Below, piece after piece: positions 32,150 to 43,790 of a DNA stretch of 64,000 nt. The notes under the pieces were generated by a model. It made no database searches and was not told the origin of the DNA. It saw only the letters and a list, made by a program, of their open reading frames with translations. How positions within the stretch are numbered: position 1 is the first letter of the stretch; the number at the start of each line of letters is the position of its first letter. The translations under genes were made by a program, and so were the position numbers. The DNA lies in assembly GCA_963783385.1 (NCBI GenBank), contig CAWANJ010000006.1:448001-512000 (forward strand), in the 5' to 3' direction. This stretch comes from an uncultured Gemmatimonadales bacterium (lineage in GTDB: Bacteria > Gemmatimonadota > Gemmatimonadetes > Palauibacterales > Palauibacteraceae).

Positions 32150-32767
32150 CTATTCCCGGGCCCGGGCCTCGTCCTCGGGGTCCGGCTCCGCGGCCAGCGT
32201 CCTGTACAGGTGCGCCTTGGCGCGGGCCCAGTCGCGCTCGACGGTGCGCTCCGACACGTCGAGCGCGGCCGCCGTGTCGCGCACGCTCATCCCGCCGAAG
32301 AAGCGGCACTCGACCACCTGCTCCAGGCGGGGATCGTAGCGCGCCAGGTTGGTGAGCGCCTCGTCCAGGGCCAGGAGCTCCACCGTCCGGGGCTCCTTTC
32401 CGGACAGCTCGTCCCGGAGCGGGATGTGGATGGCCCCGCCCCCACGCTTCCTGGCCCCCCGGCTGCGCGCGTAGTCGATGAGCACCTGCCGGATCACTGT
32501 GGCTGCTACAGCGAAAAAGTGGGCCCGGTCCTGCCACGTGGCGGTGGCCTGGTTGACAAGGTGAAGGTAGGCCTCGTGGACGAGAGCGGTCGTGCTGAGC
32601 GTGTGGCCCTCGCGCTCGCTCCGTAGGCGTCGGTGGGCGATACCGCGGAGGTCGTCGTACACCAGGGGGACGAGCCGCTCGAAGGCGGAACGGTCTCCAC
32701 TGGTACACTCGCCCAGCAGGCGCGTGACCTCGCCCGCAGGAGGATCCGGTCGCCGCTCGCTCTCCAC
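32150..32767 (-). CDS. ECF sigma factor, kinase-associated ECF43/TIGR02999 type
   Basis: LVPLVYDDLRGIA..HTLSTTALVHEAYL..RAHFFAVAA..VECRFFGGMS..TVERDWARAK. Confidence 0.92.
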   Translation of the reverse strand: MESERRPDPPAGEVTRLLGECTSGDRSAFERLVPLVYDDLRGIAHRRLRSEREGHTLSTTALVHEAYLHLVNQATATWQDRAHFFAVAATVIRQVLIDYARSRGARKRGGGAIHIPLRDELSGKEPRTVELLALDEALTNLARYDPRLEQVVECRFFGGMSVRDTAAALDVSERTVERDWARAKAHLYRTLAAEPDPEDEARARE

Positions 32768-32790
32768 GCGTGACCCCGGCGTCTCCGCTC

Positions 32791-34528
32791 CTACCAGCCC
32801 TTCATCATGTCCTGGACCGCGAAGCTGGGCTCGATGTCGACCGGCACCTTCCGCAGCCGGTCGAGGGCGGCCTGGAGCTCGGGCGGAACCGTGCCGTATC
32901 GATCCAGGAACTGGCCGGCCCCGTCGTAGTCGCCCGTGGCCTCCAGCGTCAGGTAGCGGCCGGCCAGCGCCGACATGGCCCCGGGCATCTTCTGGAAGTC
33001 GACCGAGAACACCCCCTGCGCCGCGTCGTACACGATCCCTCCCCGCTCGCGCAGGAAGTTGAACTGGGTCATGCAGCCCTTGCCGTGCGCCTCGTTGGCG
33101 CCGAAGCGGACGCAGCGGACCAGGTCGGCCAGGTGGGAGATGTAGACCTGCCGCAGGAACTCCTGGTCGTAGACGCCCTGCTGCACGAGCTCCGCCAGGT
33201 TGTGCGTCCCGACCGCGTCGGCCTTGGCCTCCTCGATGGCCGAGTAGCGGTCCTTGAGCGCCTTGTTCACGGTCAGGCCCTTCTGGCCGTGCACGTAGTC
33301 GGGCCCGAGGCCGTGCGAGAGCTCGTGCATGAGGATGCGGGTAAAGTACGGCTTGAAGACGATATCCGCCGCCTGCGCCGAGTCGAGCACCAGCCGGGCG
33401 ATCGGCTTCAGCACTTTGTCGAACTTGGCCTGCGACACGTTCTGGAGGAGGACCTTCTTGGAGCCGTGCTCCTGCCGGACCTTCGGGTCGTTGGGGAGGT
33501 TGAAGGCCAGCGTCTTGATGCCCGGCCCGGCCTCCCCGGCCGAGTACACCTCGGTCACCACCGAGATGGGGGAGCTGAAGTCCCGGTCGAGGTTCTTGTA
33601 CGCGTCCGGCTCGGGGAGATGCTCCTCGAGGTACTTCGAGGTGCGACACCAGGCCCGCGAGCTGGGCGCTGGCGGCCGAGTCCTTGACCCCGATGAAGGT
33701 CTCGAAGGACGTTTTGTAGCCGAACAGCTTGTCTTCGTAGACCTCGTACGGCCCGATGGTGGGGGCGATGGTGTTGCCCGTGAGCTCCACCCAGGCCACC
33801 TCGCTGTCGAAGTAGTCGTCGCTGGTGAACGATTCGGCCCGGAGCCGCAGGAACTTCTTCAGCGACGGATTCTGCGCCGCGTCCGAGGCCTCGCGCAGCA
33901 GCGTCGCGGCCCTGGCGAGGCGGTCGTGGTAGTACTTCGAGTAGGGCACCGCCTCCAGCCCGCCGTCGGGCGTCCTCCGGATGACCGTGTAGTAGGAGGT
34001 GAAGGCGGTGCTGTCGTCCGGGTGCTGGGCGAGCCACGCGTCGAACGCATCCCGGGTGAGGTCCTCCGGATAGAAGCCGGCTCCCTCGGGCTTGGGGGGC
34101 ACGTCCAGGAAGGGCGCGTCGCTCAGCAGCCGATCCCAGGGGCCGTACATGATCTCGTAGTACTCCCGCGCCGCGTCCATGCCCGGACCGCTCGCATCGG
34201 CCAGCCGCCGGCCGTACGAGAGGTCACTTCGCCACACCTGGAGCCGGAAGATGCTGTCCAGGACGTCGGAGGCCTGCACCAGCTTCTTGAGCACCGTCTT
34301 CTGGCCGGCGTCGAGCTCGGCGCTGTCGAACGTCAGGGTGACGGTCGCGAACTGCTGGACGCGGGCCAGCAGGCTGTCGGCCGTGAGCCCCTGCGCCATC
34401 GCGATCTCGGGCGCTGACTCGCCGCCGCCCGAGCAGCCCGCGGCCACCAGGCCTCCCAGCCCGATGAGCCCGGCCAGGGCGAGGCGCGCCGCGCGAACGG
34501 TCGATGAACCATCACGGAGTTCAATCAC
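32791..34528 (-). CDS. Peptidase M49 (DPP III-like) zinc-peptidase lipoprotein, frameshift near 33645
   Basis: Lipobox AAGC; IGPYEVYEDKLFGYK, AFNLPND, HELSHGLGP, EEAKAD. Confidence 0.88.
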
Positions 34529-34619
34529 GGGATTCTCCTTGGAGGCTTCGTGGCCACGTGGGACCAGCGCGCCGGGCTGACCCCGAAGCGGCAGCAGGTG
34601 GTTCAGCGGCGCCGATCGC

Positions 34620-35240
34620 TCATCGCATCAACAGCGACACGCGCACCAGGATCCAGACCGGCACGCGCTTTCCATCCCGGTGTGCCGCCAGGTAGTGGAG
34701 GTGCAGTGCGGCGGCCCGCGCGGCCTGGTCGAATCGGGCGTTCTCCGAGGTCGTGTGCAGCACCACGTCCTTCACCTCGCCCTGCGCGTCGAGCAGCACC
34801 CAGTAGTAGGTCGTCTCCGTGGGCGGCAGGTGGTACTTCTCGATGACGGGGACGAGCGTGTCCTGCATCAGGTCCCCGAGCCAGTCTCCGGGCACCAGGA
34901 TCGGCCCCAGGTCGTAGGGCGTGTAGACGGGCCCCATGGCCCGGAGCTTCTTGACGTCCGTGATGGTGACGGGGCCCGAGGGCGGCTCGGGCTTCTTCTC
35001 GGCTTTCGGCTTCTCGGGGCTTCGGCTTCTCGGCCTTCGATTGCGCGAGAGGCCGCGGCGGCCGTTCCCGAGTCGGCCGCGACCGTGTCGCCCTCGGCAG
35101 CCTGCGCGGCGGCCGGCGCGGCGGGCGCCGTCTGGGCTCCGTGCTTGCCGAACAGGGTTGCGCAACCGGACGCCGACAGGGCCAGCACCGCGAGCGCGAT
35201 GCCGAGCGCGCGCCTCAGCTTCGTGGCGTCGGATCCGATG
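34620..35240 (-). CDS. TonB C-terminal-domain lipoprotein, frameshift near 35020; start uncertain
   Basis: Lipobox SASGC; Pro/Lys linker; WVLLDAQGEVKDVVLHTTS..RFDQAA..GKRVPVW. Confidence 0.65.
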   Translation of the reverse strand, partial: HRIRRHEAEARARHRARGAGPVGVRLRNPVRQARSPDGARRAGRRAGCRGRHGRGRLGNGRRGLSRNRRPRSRSPEKPKAEKKPEPPSGPVTITDVKKLRAMGPVYTPYDLGPILVPGDWLGDLMQDTLVPVIEKYHLPPTETTYYWVLLDAQGEVKDVVLHTTSENARFDQAARAAALHLHYLAAHRDGKRVPVWILVRVSLLMR

Positions 35241-35355
35241 CCGCCGCCTCCCTCTTGCCGCGCTCCTTGACGACCGCCGTGACGAGGATGAGCAGAAACC
35301 CGCCCCATACCATCCCGAGGATCGTGATCATGGTCGCGATGGCCGTGGAGGACAT
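35215..35355 (-). CDS. MetS-family small subunit of NSS transporter (46 aa)
   Basis: MSSTAIATMITILGMVWGGFLLILVTAVVKE; AGGAGG RBS; single TM with WGG motif. Confidence 0.7.
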   Translation of the reverse strand: MSSTAIATMITILGMVWGGFLLILVTAVVKERGKREAAASDPTPRS

Positions 35356-35539
35356 CCCGCGCTTCCCCTCCTGTCGGTGTTCCGGTCCAGCCGCTGTTCC
35401 GGTCTCGCCGGCTCTCCACCCTAGGCCGCCGCCGAGTCTCCAATCTAGGTGCGGTGTCGGAACGGCGCACGGTCGGCGGCGTGTACGACCGACGCGGCGA
35501 CCGGCCGGCCAGTCGCCGGCAACGAGCCGGGCTCGGGTC

Positions 35540-36916
<1,377 letters not shown>

Positions 36917-37053
36917 GCTTCTCGACGAGCTAGGGGGCTGGCCGCAGGGTCACGTTGCGAACGCGTCCCGCGAGTCGGTCGGCCGTTGAGACGGCGGTGA
37001 GGAGCTGGCGGGAGGCTGTCGCACTTCCCCGTCCCCGTCACCCCGATCCCGGG

Positions 37054-37077
37054 GGCTCTACTTGTACAAGTAGAGCC
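37054..37077. promoter_or_regulatory. Perfect 24-bp palindrome, candidate operator
   Basis: GGCTCTACTTGTACAAGTAGAGCC equals its own reverse complement. Confidence 0.75.
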
Positions 37078-37130
37078 TCCAGAGAGGGCGGTGGGCGATA
37101 GTACACGTCGTGGTCCGACAAGGAGTTGAC

Positions 37131-37442
37131 ATGATCCGAGCCGATTCTCTCGCCGAGCTCGTCCGGCCGGGGCCCGACGAGCCCTTCTGCTTCGTACGCG
37201 GGCGCATGAAGCACGTGTGGCGCCGTGCGGACCGGGCTGCCGACGGTCGAGGTCGACCCGTCGACGGGACGGTCGGCTCCTCGCGGGCCCGACGATACTG
37301 GAGCAGCCTTCTGGGCGAAGTCCTGTGGACCGACGCGGTGCTTCGCCTGAGAGTTCGGGACTGTGACAGGGCCGCCGTCGTGATGACGGAGTCACGATAC
37401 CGGGCCCTGGAGGCGGAAGCCAGCCGACGGGGGTCCCGATGA
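37131..37442 (+). CDS. Hypothetical protein with C-terminal Phd/YefM-like segment
   Basis: AAGGAG RBS; TVGSSRARRYWSSLLGEV...AAVVMTESRYRALE. Confidence 0.55.
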   Translation: MIRADSLAELVRPGPDEPFCFVRGRMKHVWRRADRAADGRGRPVDGTVGSSRARRYWSSLLGEVLWTDAVLRLRVRDCDRAAVVMTESRYRALEAEASRRGSR

Positions 37443-37460
37443 CCATCGGCGGTTGTCCGC

Positions 37461-38075
37461 CTACCCCTCCCGGCCTCGGAGGCCCAGCTCATCCACGATC
37501 CCGCGCATCGCGCCGATGACGAAGGTGACGTGCTCGGTCCACTCCTCGCCCAGCTCTTGGGCGGCGGCGCGCATCTCGTCCCGGTCCACGGCGGCGGCGA
37601 ACGAGCTGTCCTTCATCTTCTTCTTCACCGAGCGAGGCTCCAGGTCCGTGATCCCGTGGGGACGCACCAGCGAGCAGGCGACGATGAAGCCGGTGAGCTC
37701 GTCCACGGCGCGCACGGCCCTGTCCATGCGCGTCTCGGCCGGCACGCCCGTGTAGTCGGCGTGGGCCAGGATGGCGTGCAGGATGTCCTCCGGGTAGCCC
37801 ATCCCGCGCAGGATGCGGACGCCCTCGGACGGGTGCTCTCGATCCGGCGCATGCTCGTCGTTGGGCCAGCGCTCGTAGTCGAAATCGTGCAGGAGGCCGG
37901 CAAGGCCCCAGCGCTCCGGGTCCTCACCGAACTTCTCGGCGTAGGCGCGCATGGCGGCCTCGACGGCGAACATGTGCCGTCGCAGGTTCACGTTGTCGGT
38001 GTATTCTTCTACGAGGGCAAGGGCCTCGGCGCGCGATGGCAGGGGCTGGCCCCGTTCCGCTTCCGTGTCGGTCAA
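37461..38075 (-). CDS. HDIG/HD-domain metal-dependent phosphohydrolase
   Basis: LRRHMFAVE, GLLHDFDYE, AVDELTGF, KKKMKDSSFAAAVDR. Confidence 0.9.
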   Translation of the reverse strand: MTDTEAERGQPLPSRAEALALVEEYTDNVNLRRHMFAVEAAMRAYAEKFGEDPERWGLAGLLHDFDYERWPNDEHAPDREHPSEGVRILRGMGYPEDILHAILAHADYTGVPAETRMDRAVRAVDELTGFIVACSLVRPHGITDLEPRSVKKKMKDSSFAAAVDRDEMRAAAQELGEEWTEHVTFVIGAMRGIVDELGLRGREG

Positions 38076-39347
38076 GTCGGATCCTCCTCTTCTTCCTGCG
38101 GGTCCGGCCCGCGGCGCGCGAGCTCGGTCTGACCGGGTGTGCCGGACGCCCGGCCCGCCGGGCCCCCGCTCTCCTCCAGTAGCGCGGCGCGGGTGACGGC
38201 CCCCGGCCCGAAGCGCTCGGCCAGCCGGTCAACGGCGGCCGCCACGCGCTCGTCCCGGCGCTCGCCCTCCACGCTGAACAGGCTGAGCTGTCGTCCCTCC
38301 TCGGGGACGAGCGACGACAGGCTGACGCCCACCAGTCGGATCCTGCGCCCGGGCCGATCTGCCCTGGCGAAGAGGTCCCGGGCCACCGGCCAGATCCGCT
38401 CGGTGGTGTTCACGGCGCGGTCGAGCGACGCCTGACGCGTGACGGTCTCGAATTCTTCCCAGCGCAGCTTCACGGTCACGGTGGAGCCTGCCAGACCCCG
38501 GCCGCGGAGCGCAAGGGCGGTGCTCTCGCACAGCCCGAGGAGCGTTCTTCGCACGCGCTCCCGGTCGGAGAGGTCGTGGTCGAAGGTGATCTCTTTGCCC
38601 AGCGACTTCCGTTCCCGGTCCGGGCGGACCGGACGCTCGTCGAGGCCGCGGACGAGGTCGTGGAAGCGGCGACCTCGAGCCTCCCCGAAGGCTCCGATCA
38701 GCACGTCGAGTGGGAGCTCCGCCACGTCGCCCAGGGTCGCGACGCCCAGCCTCCGGAACCGCTCCAGCGCCCGGGGACCCGCGCCCCACAGCCGACTGGA
38801 TCTCGAGCGAGCGCCAGGAAGGCGCGCTCTTCGCCGGCAGGGACCACCACCAGGCCGTCGGGTTTCTCCAGGTCGCTGGCGATCTTGGCCACGAACTTGG
38901 AGGCGGCGACGCCCACCGAGGCGGTGAGGTCCTCGGCTTCGTGGATCTCCCGCTTGATCCGCCGCGCGATCTCGGGGCCGGGTCCGAACAGCTGCCGGCT
39001 GCCGGTGACGTCCAGGAAGGCCTCGTCGATGCTGAGGGGCTCGATGAGGTCGGTATAGCGGCCCAGGATCTCGAACACGGCCGCGGAGACCTCGGAGTAT
39101 AGGTGGCGCCGGGGCCGCAAGTAGACTCGGCGTGAGGGCAGCGGCGCCACGCCTCGGAGATGGGCTGGGCCGAGTGGATCCCGAAGCGGCGCGCCTCGTA
39201 GCTCGCGGCCGCGACGACGCCCCGCCCACGCCCCTCCTGGGGATCCGAGCCGACCACGACCGGCTTGCCACGGAGCGACGGGTCCTGCCGTTGCTCGACG
39301 GAGGCGAAGAAGGCGTCCATGTCCACGTGCAGGACCGTGCGGCTCAT
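38072..39347 (-). CDS. dinB: DNA polymerase IV, two frameshifts (near 39130 and 38805)
   Basis: [55 protein letters not shown]. Confidence 0.92.
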
Positions 39348-40201
39348 CGCGCGTCCCTCTCGTCCACGATCCTCCGCGCCCGTCCCGGGAAGTCGCTGAT
39401 CAGGCCGTCCACGCCCAGGCCGAGGAGGCGGCGCATGTCGCCGGGCTCGTTCACGGTCCACACGAACACGCCGATGCCGTGCCGCCGGGCCCGCTGCACG
39501 AAGCGGCGCGTCACGATCCGGACCGGGCCGTGGCGCTCGGGGACCATGACGGCGTCCACCTCGGGTGGCTGGCCGGCCGGGAGCCAGCCGAGTCCGAGCT
39601 TCCCGAGGAGCACGTAGGTGCGGAGATCCTCCTCGGCCGCGCATCGCCAGCGGGCCCGGCGGGCGCCGCGGTCGACGGCGGCGCGCGCGAACCCGCCGAC
39701 CAGGATGCGGGCGGGGTTCACGGTGCCCTCGGCGAGGCAGCGATCCAGGGCCTCGGCGGCGCGATCCGTCTTCACCTCGGCCACCACGGGCAGGGTCCCG
39801 GCCGCCTGCATCGCTTCCTCGAGGGTGGGGAAGCGGACGCCCTTCCCCCGGAAGGGGTGGGTGCGCCCGCGGTCGGGAGTGAACGCGTACCCCGCGTCCA
39901 GGGACCGCGCTTCCTCCAGGGTCATGTCCTCCATCGGCCCGGAACCATCGCTGACCCGGTCCACCGTGTCGTCGTGGAGCAGCACGAGACGGCCGTCGCG
40001 GGTCGCGTGGAGGTCGAATTCGACCGCGTCGGCGCCGACCGCGACGGCATGGCGGATGGCCGGAAGCGTGTTCTCGGGGGCGCATCCCGCCGCCCCGCGA
40101 TGCCCGATGACGCGGACGCTGCCGGCAGGGGCGAAGGCGGTGCCGCCAGGGGCGGCGCCCTGCGGGAAGGGGCCGGATGCTGCGGATCCGCCGTGGACCA
40201 T
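39344..40201 (-). CDS. Glycerophosphodiester phosphodiesterase
   Basis: [42 protein letters not shown]. Confidence 0.93.
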   Translation of the reverse strand: MVHGGSAASGPFPQGAAPGGTAFAPAGSVRVIGHRGAAGCAPENTLPAIRHAVAVGADAVEFDLHATRDGRLVLLHDDTVDRVSDGSGPMEDMTLEEARSLDAGYAFTPDRGRTHPFRGKGVRFPTLEEAMQAAGTLPVVAEVKTDRAAEALDRCLAEGTVNPARILVGGFARAAVDRGARRARWRCAAEEDLRTYVLLGKLGLGWLPAGQPPEVDAVMVPERHGPVRIVTRRFVQRARRHGIGVFVWTVNEPGDMRRLLGLGVDGLISDFPGRARRIVDERDAR

Positions 40202-40207
40202 GACCTG

Positions 40208-40263
40208 AGCATACCGATTTCTCGGCGTCGGGTGGAGTCCCGCGCGGGATCAGGGCGTATGTT
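40208..40263. promoter_or_regulatory. Back-to-back candidate leaderless -10 elements
   Basis: TATGCT-N6-ATG on the minus strand (GDPD) and TATGTT-N6-ATG on the plus strand (glycerate kinase); no SD on either. Confidence 0.55.
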
Positions 40264-40269
40264 CACCGT

Positions 40270-41409
40270 ATGCGTGTCCTGGTGTGCCCGACCGCGTTCA
40301 AGGGGAGTCTCGGTGCCGCGGAGGCGTGTGCCGCCATGGCACGCGGCGTCTCGGCGGAGCGTCCGGAATGGGCCCTCGAGCGGCTACCGCTGTCCGACGG
40401 AGGGCCCGGACTCCTGGATGCGCTGGGCGCCGCGGACGAACCCGGCGGCCGCATCGCATCGGTGCCGTCACGTGGAACGCTGGAGCGCGTAGAGGTTCCC
40501 GGCCCGCTGGGCGCCCCGGTCGGAGCTCGCATCCTGTGGCTGGAGCGAGAGGCGGTCCTCGAGTCGGCCGATTCCTGTGGCCTCGAGCGCCTGGGCGAGG
40601 AGCAGGCACCGCTGCGGGCGGACACCCGTGGCGTGGGGGCTCTGGTGCGCCACGCCCTCGACCGGGGAGCGACGGCGGTGCGGATCGGCCTGGGCGGCTC
40701 GGCCTCCACGGACGGCGGAACCGGGATGGCCCGCGCGTTCGGCTGGCGGTTCCTGGACGAGCATGGGGCGGAGCTTCCTGCCGGGCGGCGGCGGTCTGCG
40801 CCGGCTGGCGCGGATCGAGCCCGGTCTCCGGCCGGGGGCGACGGCGCGGCGGAGATCACGGCGCTGGCCGACGTGGACACGCCGCTCCTCGGCCTCCGCG
40901 GCGCGGCCCGCACCTTCGGCCCGCAGAAGGGAGCCAGCGCGGGCGAGGTGGAGCTCCTGGCCACGGGCCTCGAGCGGCTGGTGACCCGGCTCGGCTCCGA
41001 CCTGGGAGGAGTGGGCGGGCAGAGGCGACTCGACGGGCCCGGCTCGGGAGCCGCGGGCGGCCTTGGCGCGGGGTGTGCCGTGTTCCTCGGGGCGAAGCTG
41101 GTGCCGGGCGCTGCCTGGGTGCTGGAGCGCACCCGCTTCGACGAGCGGCTGGCCCGGGCCGACCTGGTCGTGACCGGGGAGGGCGCGTGGGACCGGAGCA
41201 GTGCGGCCGGCAAGATCACCTGGGAGGTGATACGCAGGGCCCGCGCCGCCGGCGTGGCGGTCCTCCTCCTGTGCGGCCGACTCGATTCGGAGCCACCGGA
41301 AGGCATCCCGGCCTTCAATGGGGCGGGCGCGTGGCTCGACGCGGCCGGGCTGGAGGGTCTGGCGGCCCGGGCCGCCGATTCCTTGCAGGACTCCGGCGAC
41401 GCGCGGTAA
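40270..41409 (+). CDS. glxK: Glycerate kinase
   Basis: VLVCPTAFKGSL, PLSDGGPG, IGLGGSASTDGG, FGPQKGA, GSGAAGG, VVTGEG. Confidence 0.9.
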   Translation: MRVLVCPTAFKGSLGAAEACAAMARGVSAERPEWALERLPLSDGGPGLLDALGAADEPGGRIASVPSRGTLERVEVPGPLGAPVGARILWLEREAVLESADSCGLERLGEEQAPLRADTRGVGALVRHALDRGATAVRIGLGGSASTDGGTGMARAFGWRFLDEHGAELPAGRRRSAPAGADRARSPAGGDGAAEITALADVDTPLLGLRGAARTFGPQKGASAGEVELLATGLERLVTRLGSDLGGVGGQRRLDGPGSGAAGGLGAGCAVFLGAKLVPGAAWVLERTRFDERLARADLVVTGEGAWDRSSAAGKITWEVIRRARAAGVAVLLLCGRLDSEPPEGIPAFNGAGAWLDAAGLEGLAARAADSLQDSGDAR

Positions 41410-41479
41410 CCTTGACGCCTTCCTCGACCGTGGCACCGACCGTGAACCGCTCGGAAACGAGCCAGGAGCCGACGAACGA

Positions 41480-42839
41480 ATGAGCCAGGAGCCCACGCAG
41501 CACATCGCCGACCTCATGGACCGGCTCGTCTCCCTGTGCAAGCAGCGGGGCTTCGTGTTCCAGTCTTCGGAGATCTACGGAGGGGATGGGCTCGGTGTAC
41601 GACTACGGCCCGCTCGGCGTGGAGCTCAAGCGGAACCTGCGCGAGGCGTGGTGGCACGAGATGGTCACCTCGCGGGAGGACATCGAGGGCCTCGAGTCCG
41701 GCATCCTCATGCACCCGGCCGTATGGGAGGCCAGCGGGCACGTGGCCGGCTTCACCGACCCCCTTGTCGAGTGCCGGAACTGCCACCGGCGGTTCCGGTC
41801 CGACCACCTGGACGAGGAGCAGCCCGGCGCGGAGCCGGGGGGCTGGCAGTGTCCCGTGTGCGGGGTGACGGGCGACTTCACCGAGCCCCGGCAGTTCAAT
41901 CTCATGTTCAAGACGTTCATGGGCCCGGTGGATGACGAGGGCTCGGTCGCCTACCTGCGTCCCGAGACGGCCCAGGGGACGTACGTGAACTTCCGGAACG
42001 TCCAGGAGAGCGCCCGCCAGAAGATCCCGTTCGGGATCGCGCAGACGGGGCGCGCGTTCCGGAACGAGATCACGCCCGGCAACTTCATCTTCCGGACGCG
42101 CGAGTTCGAGCAGATGGAGATGCAGTTCTTCGTGAAGCCGGGCACGGACGACGACTGGCTCGCCACCTGGCGGGACTGGCGCCTGGCCTGGCTGGAGGGT
42201 CTGGGCATCCGCGGCGACCGGCTTCGTCTCCACCAGCACGGTCCCGATGAGCTGGCGCACTATGCCAAGGAAGCCTGGGACATCCAGTACTTCTTCCCAT
42301 TCGGGTGGCAGGAGTTCGAGGGCATTCACAACCGCACGGACTTCGACCTGTCGCGGCACCAGGAGCACTCGGGGAAGAAGCTCGAGTACTTCGACCCACA
42401 GACCCAGGAGCGCTACCTCCCCTACGTGATCGAGACGGCCATCGGGCTCGATCGGCTGTTCCTCGTGGTCCTCGCCGACGCGTACGCGGAGGAAGAGGTG
42501 GAGGGGGAGACCCGCACGGTGCTCCGCCTGGAACCGCGGCTGGCCCCGATCAAGGCGGCTATCTTCCCGCTCGTCAAGAAGGACGGCATGCCGGAGGTGG
42601 CGCACCGGATCACCGACGAGCTGCGCGGCCGCTTCCCGGTGTTCTACGACGAGTCCGGATCGATCGGTCGGCGCTACCGGCGGCAGGACGAGGCCGGGAC
42701 CCCGTTCTGCATCACGGTGGATGGACAGACGCTCGAGGACGAGACCGTCACCGTGCGGGACCGGGACACGCTGGGGCAGGTCCGCGTTCCGATCGCGGGG
42801 CTCGCCGATCACCTGGCCGACGCGCTGGGCCCCTCCTAG
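41480..42839 (+). CDS. glyQS: Glycine--tRNA ligase (alpha2 type), frameshift at G-run near 41583
   Basis: LCKQRGFVFQSSEIYGG / YDYGPLGVELK, YLRPETAQG, FRNEITP, FRTREFEQME, IGRRYRRQDEAGTP. Confidence 0.95.
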
Positions 42840-42842
42840 ATC

Positions 42843-43790
42843 GTGAGCCGCGGTCGCGCGTGGGCCGGATGGGCCGCCGGGACCGGGGCGGCGGCCGGCG
42901 CCTACTTATGGGCCATGGTGCATCGCAACCGCTCCCTGCGGCCGGCCCCCGTCCGTGACCTGGCCGGACGACCGTATCCCGAGCGCACCTTCGTATACGC
43001 GGACGGCGGACGCGTATCCCTCATCAATGTGGGGGAGGGCACGCCCGTCCTGCTCGTGCCCGGCGCGGACGGCATCAAGGAAAGCTACCGGTACCAGGTC
43101 CCCGCCTTCTCCGAGCTCCACCGGGTCATCGACGCTGACCTGAGGGGCGAGTTCTCGCCGGAGGACACCTTCGACCGGTTCGTGCGGGACCTCGTGGAGC
43201 TGACGGACGCTCTCGACACGGGCCCGGTCCACCTGGTGGGCCAGAGCCTGGGCGGAGCGGTCGCCATGCGGTTCGCCGCGCGGCACCCGGAGCGGGTGCG
43301 CGCCCTCGTCCTCGTCAACACCCTCTACCGGGTGAGCTACGAGCACGTCGGGCTCAACCGGGCGGCGCTGGTCCCGCTGGCCATGGCCACCACGCGCTAC
43401 CTGCCCACCGCGCTGGCCCGCGCGGCCGCCAGGCTGTGGAGCCGCGAGGCGGTGTGGATCTTCGACGACTCGCCCGGCTCCGAGAACGTGGTCGACTACG
43501 CGCTGTGGACCGGGGCTCGCACCGTACGCCCCGGCGTGGGGCGGCATCGCGTGGACCTAATGCGGGGGCTGGACCTGCGGCCCGAGCTCGCGGACATCCG
43601 AGCCCCCACCCTGGTCGTCAAGGGGCCGCGCGACGCCTACTGTCCGCCGGCCTGGTCGAAGGAGATCGCGGCGCTCGTACCCGACGCCACCTACGTCGAG
43701 ATCCCGGGAACGGGCCACTGCTCGCACGTCTCCATGCCGGGGGCGTTCAACCGGCTGGTGCTGGACTGGCTGGAGGAGCACACCACATGA
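42843..43790 (+). CDS. Alpha/beta hydrolase
   Basis: Nucleophile elbow GQSLGG, IPGTGHCSH. Confidence 0.88.
   Translation: MSRGRAWAGWAAGTGAAAGAYLWAMVHRNRSLRPAPVRDLAGRPYPERTFVYADGGRVSLINVGEGTPVLLVPGADGIKESYRYQVPAFSELHRVIDADLRGEFSPEDTFDRFVRDLVELTDALDTGPVHLVGQSLGGAVAMRFAARHPERVRALVLVNTLYRVSYEHVGLNRAALVPLAMATTRYLPTALARAAARLWSREAVWIFDDSPGSENVVDYALWTGARTVRPGVGRHRVDLMRGLDLRPELADIRAPTLVVKGPRDAYCPPAWSKEIAALVPDATYVEIPGTGHCSHVSMPGAFNRLVLDWLEEHTT

Noticed and set aside
32150-34528. 792-aa peptidase-sigma factor fusion in the ORF track
   Set aside because: A frameshift near 33645 joins the M49 N-terminus to the sigma frame through junk sequence; the M49 C-terminus is in ORF 32791..33561
41575-41595. Programmed frameshift in glyQS
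   Set aside because: No slippery heptamer; a homopolymer indel fits the window-wide error pattern
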